DNA of 19,235 bases from Elusimicrobiota bacterium (GTDB lineage Bacteria > Elusimicrobiota > Elusimicrobia > UBA1565 > UBA9628). The notes beneath the pieces are model-generated. The model made no database searches. It was given only the letters and a program-made list of their open reading frames with translations, and was not told where the DNA came from. The first letter of the stretch is position 1; every line of letters starts with the position of its first letter. The position numbers and the translations under genes were made by a program. This document shows, piece by piece, positions 15,911 through 19,235 of this stretch. Where the stretch lies: contig DAHVNA010000037.1 of assembly GCA_027319565.1 (NCBI GenBank), positions 1-19,235 of the forward strand. Direction: 5' to 3'.

Positions 15911-16277
15911 CGCCGGAGCGGTGGAGTTTGTCTTTTAATATTCGCGCCTTTGAGGCTTTGGACCTTCCGCGCTTTTGGCGACGGGCTCTTTCAAGCTCGC
16001 TTTTCTCTCGCGCCTTCTCCGCGCGCAAGCGGCTTTCCAGCTTTTCAAGCAGCCGCAATCTCGCCAAAAAACGGTTTTGCGCCTGAGAGCGGGATTCCTG
16101 GCAGCGCACGATGATTCCGCTCGGACGGTGAATCAATGTGACAGAGGTCTCGACTTTATTGACGTTTTGCCCGCCCTTTCCGCCCGAGCGCGAAAAACTC
16201 TCGGCTAAATCCTTCTCCAAGACGCCCAGCCTAGCCAAGCGCGCCGAAATCTCATCCCATTGACTCGCGATCTCCAT
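15873..16277 (-). CDS. arfB: Alternative ribosome-rescue peptidyl-tRNA hydrolase (ArfB/YaeJ-like)
   Basis: [17 protein letters not shown] (GGQ motif), SRSQAQNR, a basic C-terminal tail and no codon-recognition domain. Confidence 0.85.
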   Translation of the reverse strand: MEIASQWDEISARLARLGVLEKDLAESFSRSGGKGGQNVNKVETSVTLIHRPSGIIVRCQESRSQAQNRFLARLRLLEKLESRLRAEKAREKSELERARRQKRGRSKASKARILKDKLHRSGVKKFRARVRSED

Positions 16278-16283
16278 CCATCA

Positions 16284-16292
16284 ATCATAGCA
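16284..16292 (-). promoter_or_regulatory. Extended -10 promoter TG-C-TATGAT, leaderless arfB
   Basis: TGCTATGAT on the minus strand, followed by 6 nt and then ATG 16277. Confidence 0.65.
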
Positions 16293-16406
16293 CTCCCAAG
16301 CCGCCTAAAGAGCGTAAGCCGATGCGGGTTAATTTTCTCGCGGCAAAAATTTTTTCTGGAATCGAAAGGCTGAAAATAGATAAAATAGCGCGTCGGAGTA
16401 TTTTAC

Positions 16407-16481
16407 GCGCTCGTAACACAACGGATAGTGTCCAAGCCTGCGAAGCTTGGTATCCAGGTTCGATTCCCGGCGAGCGCACCA
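16407..16481 (+). tRNA. tRNA-Arg(GCG), CCA encoded
   Basis: GCGCTCG-TA-ACAC AACGGATA GTGT-C-CAAGC CTGCGAA GCTTG-GTAT-CCAGG TTCGATT CCCGG-CGAGCGC-ACCA. A20 Arg determinant in the D-loop, and one A-C mismatch in the T stem. Confidence 0.92.
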
Positions 16482-16506
16482 TTTTTTGGCGCTTTCGCTT
16501 TTGGCT

Positions 16507-17739
16507 TTACGCTTCCGAGCGGATTAAATCCGCAAAGGTCTCGCGGCGGCGGATAAGCCGCGCGGTTTTGCCATCAACCAGAACTTCAGAGGCGCGCGGG
16601 CGGAAATTGTATTGGGAGCTCATCGAAAACCCGTAGGCTCCCGCGTTTAAAATCCCCAAGAATTCCCCGGACTTGGGCGCGCAAAGGCTTAAATCTCTCG
16701 CGAAAAAATCGGCGGACTCGCAGACCGGCCCCGCGACGTCAAAAATCTCGGCCTTGCCGGTTTTTTTCTCAAGAGAAACGACGGGATGGCGCGCCCCGTA
16801 AAGCGCGGGGCGCAAAAAGTCGTTCATTCCCGCATCCACAATCAAGAATTTGCGTTTACCCCCCGCCTTGACATGGACAATGCGGGTTAGAAGAATTCCG
16901 CTTTCGGCGACCAAAAAACGCCCCGGCTCAAGAACCAAGCCCAAAGCCGGCCACTCTTTAAATTCCTGAGAATAGGCGCCGGCAATGCCTGAAAAGTCGA
17001 TTGTCTCATCTCCCACTCCAAACCCGCCTCCCATATCGACAAAGGAAAGAGAAATTTTTCGCATCGCCAATTGACGGATAAAATTTTTCGCAAGAGAAGC
17101 GGCTTGGACGTAGGGCTTGGAAGAAAAAACCTGCGAGCCTAAATGGCAGTGAAGTCCCGCAATCTTTAACCATTTCGCTTTCCTCGCCCATTCATACATC
17201 AAGAAGGCCTCTTTTTGATTAACTCCAAATTTGGACAAGTTTCCGGAGGTCACCGTATGGGGATGGGTCTTGGCTTTAATGGGAAAATTAATCCGCACCG
17301 AAACGGAAGCCTTTAGCCGCATTTGAGCGGAGACTTCCCCCAAAGCCTTTAATTCCTCAAAAGATTCGACATTGAAGGCCAAAATCTTTTGTTTAATTCC
17401 AAAACGAATCTCATCCCGGGTTTTCCCGACTCCGGAAAATAAAATTTTTGAAGGCGAAAAACCGATGCGAAGGGCCTGGCGCAATTCTCCGCCCGAGACC
17501 ACTTCCGCCCCGGCGCCCAGCTCTTTAAAAACCCGGCAGAGAGAAAAATTAGAATTGGCCTTGAGCGCGTAACAGATGAGTAGCGGGCGGCCGGAAAACG
17601 AATTCTTAAGGCTTAAGTATTGATCCATCAGCGAAGCCTGGGAATAAACGTAAAGCGGGGTTTTAAATTTTTGGGCCAAAGAGGCGAGCGGCACCCTCCC
17701 AACGCTCAAGCTTTTCCCGCGATAACTAAAAAAACTCAC
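16507..17739 (-). CDS. lysA: Diaminopimelate decarboxylase
   Basis: TPLYVYS, YALKAN (PLP Lys), HCHLGSQ, LEPGRFLV, GPVCESAD and GAYGFSMSSQYN. Start moved to GTG 17739 (GGAG SD, GTGA overlap with the upstream stop). Confidence 0.95.
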   Translation of the reverse strand: MSFFSYRGKSLSVGRVPLASLAQKFKTPLYVYSQASLMDQYLSLKNSFSGRPLLICYALKANSNFSLCRVFKELGAGAEVVSGGELRQALRIGFSPSKILFSGVGKTRDEIRFGIKQKILAFNVESFEELKALGEVSAQMRLKASVSVRINFPIKAKTHPHTVTSGNLSKFGVNQKEAFLMYEWARKAKWLKIAGLHCHLGSQVFSSKPYVQAASLAKNFIRQLAMRKISLSFVDMGGGFGVGDETIDFSGIAGAYSQEFKEWPALGLVLEPGRFLVAESGILLTRIVHVKAGGKRKFLIVDAGMNDFLRPALYGARHPVVSLEKKTGKAEIFDVAGPVCESADFFARDLSLCAPKSGEFLGILNAGAYGFSMSSQYNFRPRASEVLVDGKTARLIRRRETFADLIRSEA

Positions 17740-19235
17740 GTTTGTTTCTCCGCGAACGCTTCTTTTAAGAACTCCTGGCCTCGCCTTCTGGAAGGCGAGT
17801 GCTTTTTTCGGCAAAGGTTTGGAAAGCGGCAATACCGGCAATGACCATATTCGCTTTCATCGTCCGGGTTAATGGGAAAATATCCGCGCTCAATTGAGTT
17901 TAAAATTTTGGAGAGATTCTTTAAAAAGAGCTCGCGCTGATTTTGCCAATCGGAAAAAGAATAAGGATAGGCCGAAATTTCATCTTGACCTCCCTCCAGT
18001 TCATAGAGAGAAGCGCCTTTAATCTCTTTACCGGGATAAGCATGGGACAAAAGCTCAAGATAAAACGGAATCTGAAAAAATTCTCCGCCTAAAACCAGTT
18101 TTTTGGGATCGCCTTTTTTCCAACTCTTCTTGTAATCAATGATCTCAAGCATGTTTCCGTCTAAACTCTCGTCAATTCGATCAAGCCTTCCGCGTATTTG
18201 GTAACCCACAGAATGGGGGATATCGGCGCGGAATTCTTTTTCCAACTCAAAAGGGCGCATTTTCTCTTGTCTGAGCCTGCGAATGTCCAACTCGACTAAT
18301 TTTCTCAAACGCTCGCTGATATTGTTTTTAACCGACAGCCACAAAAGAGGATACACCCCGAGCCGGTTTTCGTCATATTCGGAAAAAGACTCTTCAATGG
18401 CCCGGTCTAACAAATCATCATATGGTTTTTTCCCTTCTAAAACCGGATTGGGAAAATGAGACCAAGAAGAATAAAACCGCCTAAGAATATCATGATAGAT
18501 TTGGCCGATCATCTGGGGAGAAATCTCATCCTTGCTGTTTTTCTCGTCTTCCGAAAGCTCTAAAACCCGCGCGGCGAAAAAACGAAACGGACATTGAGTA
18601 TAAACCTCAAGACTCGTGGGCGAAACGCCTTCTCTCAAGCGTCCAAGAAACTTATTGGGAGTTTCCACGATCCCGTCTCTTTCACCGTTGGAAACGCGGA
18701 GATTTAACTCTTCAGCCGCCTTGAGGCCCACTTCCAAAAGTTCCGCCTGCGGAAGATTGAGCGCCGCCAAAAAAGGGACCGCACTCGCGTTTTGAAGACA
18801 AGCATAAAGACTCATCTCCGCCGGAGACAGATACCGCGGCTCTATCATTTGGAGTTTTTCCGAGGCGTCTCTCGGAACCCTGATGAGATCAGAATCCCCC
18901 AGAGAAATATGAGCCGCCTGGGCCAACTCATAAAGGTAAAAAGACGGAACCTGTTCCTTACCCTCCTCATTGGAACGCGAATAAGCGCAGTAGAGCTTCT
19001 CTTGGGCGGAAGAGACAAGCAAATAAAATAGAAGCTTTTCTTCTTCGTATCCTTCCTTTTTCGGGCGAATCCAGTATCCGGCGGGATGGCGCAAGAAAGC
19101 GCGCGCCGGGTCTTTTAAAATGGGGTCTTCCACTATCGCCCGCGGAAATATTCCTTCATTAAGACCCAAGATAAATAAAACCCGAAAAGATTCCCCGCGG
19201 GCGGCCATCGCATCCATGACGCGAACCCCAATAGT
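17736..19235 (-). CDS. AddB/RexB-like PD-(D/E)XK nuclease subunit (partial; 5' end outside the window)
   Basis: ILGLNEGIFP, EEKLLFY…SA…LYCAYS and SPTSLEVYTQCPFRFF. RecB-type RGRLDRID…IIDYK motif and a C-terminal CRYC…C Fe-S staple. The frame stays open to the window edge. Confidence 0.88.
   Translation of the reverse strand, partial: TIGVRVMDAMAARGESFRVLFILGLNEGIFPRAIVEDPILKDPARAFLRHPAGYWIRPKKEGYEEEKLLFYLLVSSAQEKLYCAYSRSNEEGKEQVPSFYLYELAQAAHISLGDSDLIRVPRDASEKLQMIEPRYLSPAEMSLYACLQNASAVPFLAALNLPQAELLEVGLKAAEELNLRVSNGERDGIVETPNKFLGRLREGVSPTSLEVYTQCPFRFFAARVLELSEDEKNSKDEISPQMIGQIYHDILRRFYSSWSHFPNPVLEGKKPYDDLLDRAIEESFSEYDENRLGVYPLLWLSVKNNISERLRKLVELDIRRLRQEKMRPFELEKEFRADIPHSVGYQIRGRLDRIDESLDGNMLEIIDYKKSWKKGDPKKLVLGGEFFQIPFYLELLSHAYPGKEIKGASLYELEGGQDEISAYPYSFSDWQNQRELFLKNLSKILNSIERGYFPINPDDESEYGHCRYCRFPNLCRKKHSPSRRRGQEFLKEAFAEKQT

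Noticed and set aside
2107..16481. Genomic island bounded by the two tRNAs
   Set aside because: I saw no integrase, transposase or duplicated tRNA 3' end (att site), and housekeeping-type genes lie inside the interval.
16285..16636. ORFs 16285..16482 (-) and 16322..16636 (+)
   Set aside because: They overlap tRNA-Arg and lysA and are spurious.
17740..17841. N-terminal extension of lysA in the ORF track
   Set aside because: It overlaps the addB-like 3' end. GTG 17739 has an SD and a stop/start overlap.

Overview
This is a bacterial chromosomal window. Its housekeeping genes are a partial leuS, a tRNA(CAT) that is probably Ile2, DUF47-pit, arfB, tRNA-Arg(GCG), lysA and a partial addB-like nuclease. 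Envelope genes include two TRL-like proteins, two PAP2 phosphatases, an ArnT/PMT-type glycosyltransferase and a DUF2127-like protein. The main point of interest is a tightly coupled minus-strand operon at 14854->7873. In order it encodes a long-chain polyprenyl diphosphate synthase, a PqqD/RRE protein with a 63-aa peptide-like N-terminal extension, radical SAM 1, a MenA/UbiA prenyltransferase, radical SAM 2, a 40-aa peptide with its own RBS (…WETPKMEEVSERVMAQPYIRFT), radical SAM 3 and a secreted ankyrin-caspase protein. I do not recognise this combination as a characterised pathway. It looks like a RiPP system making a polyprenylated peptide or peptide-derived cofactor (inference). Several promoters appear to give leaderless transcripts. 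All calls come from motif reading; no database searches were run.
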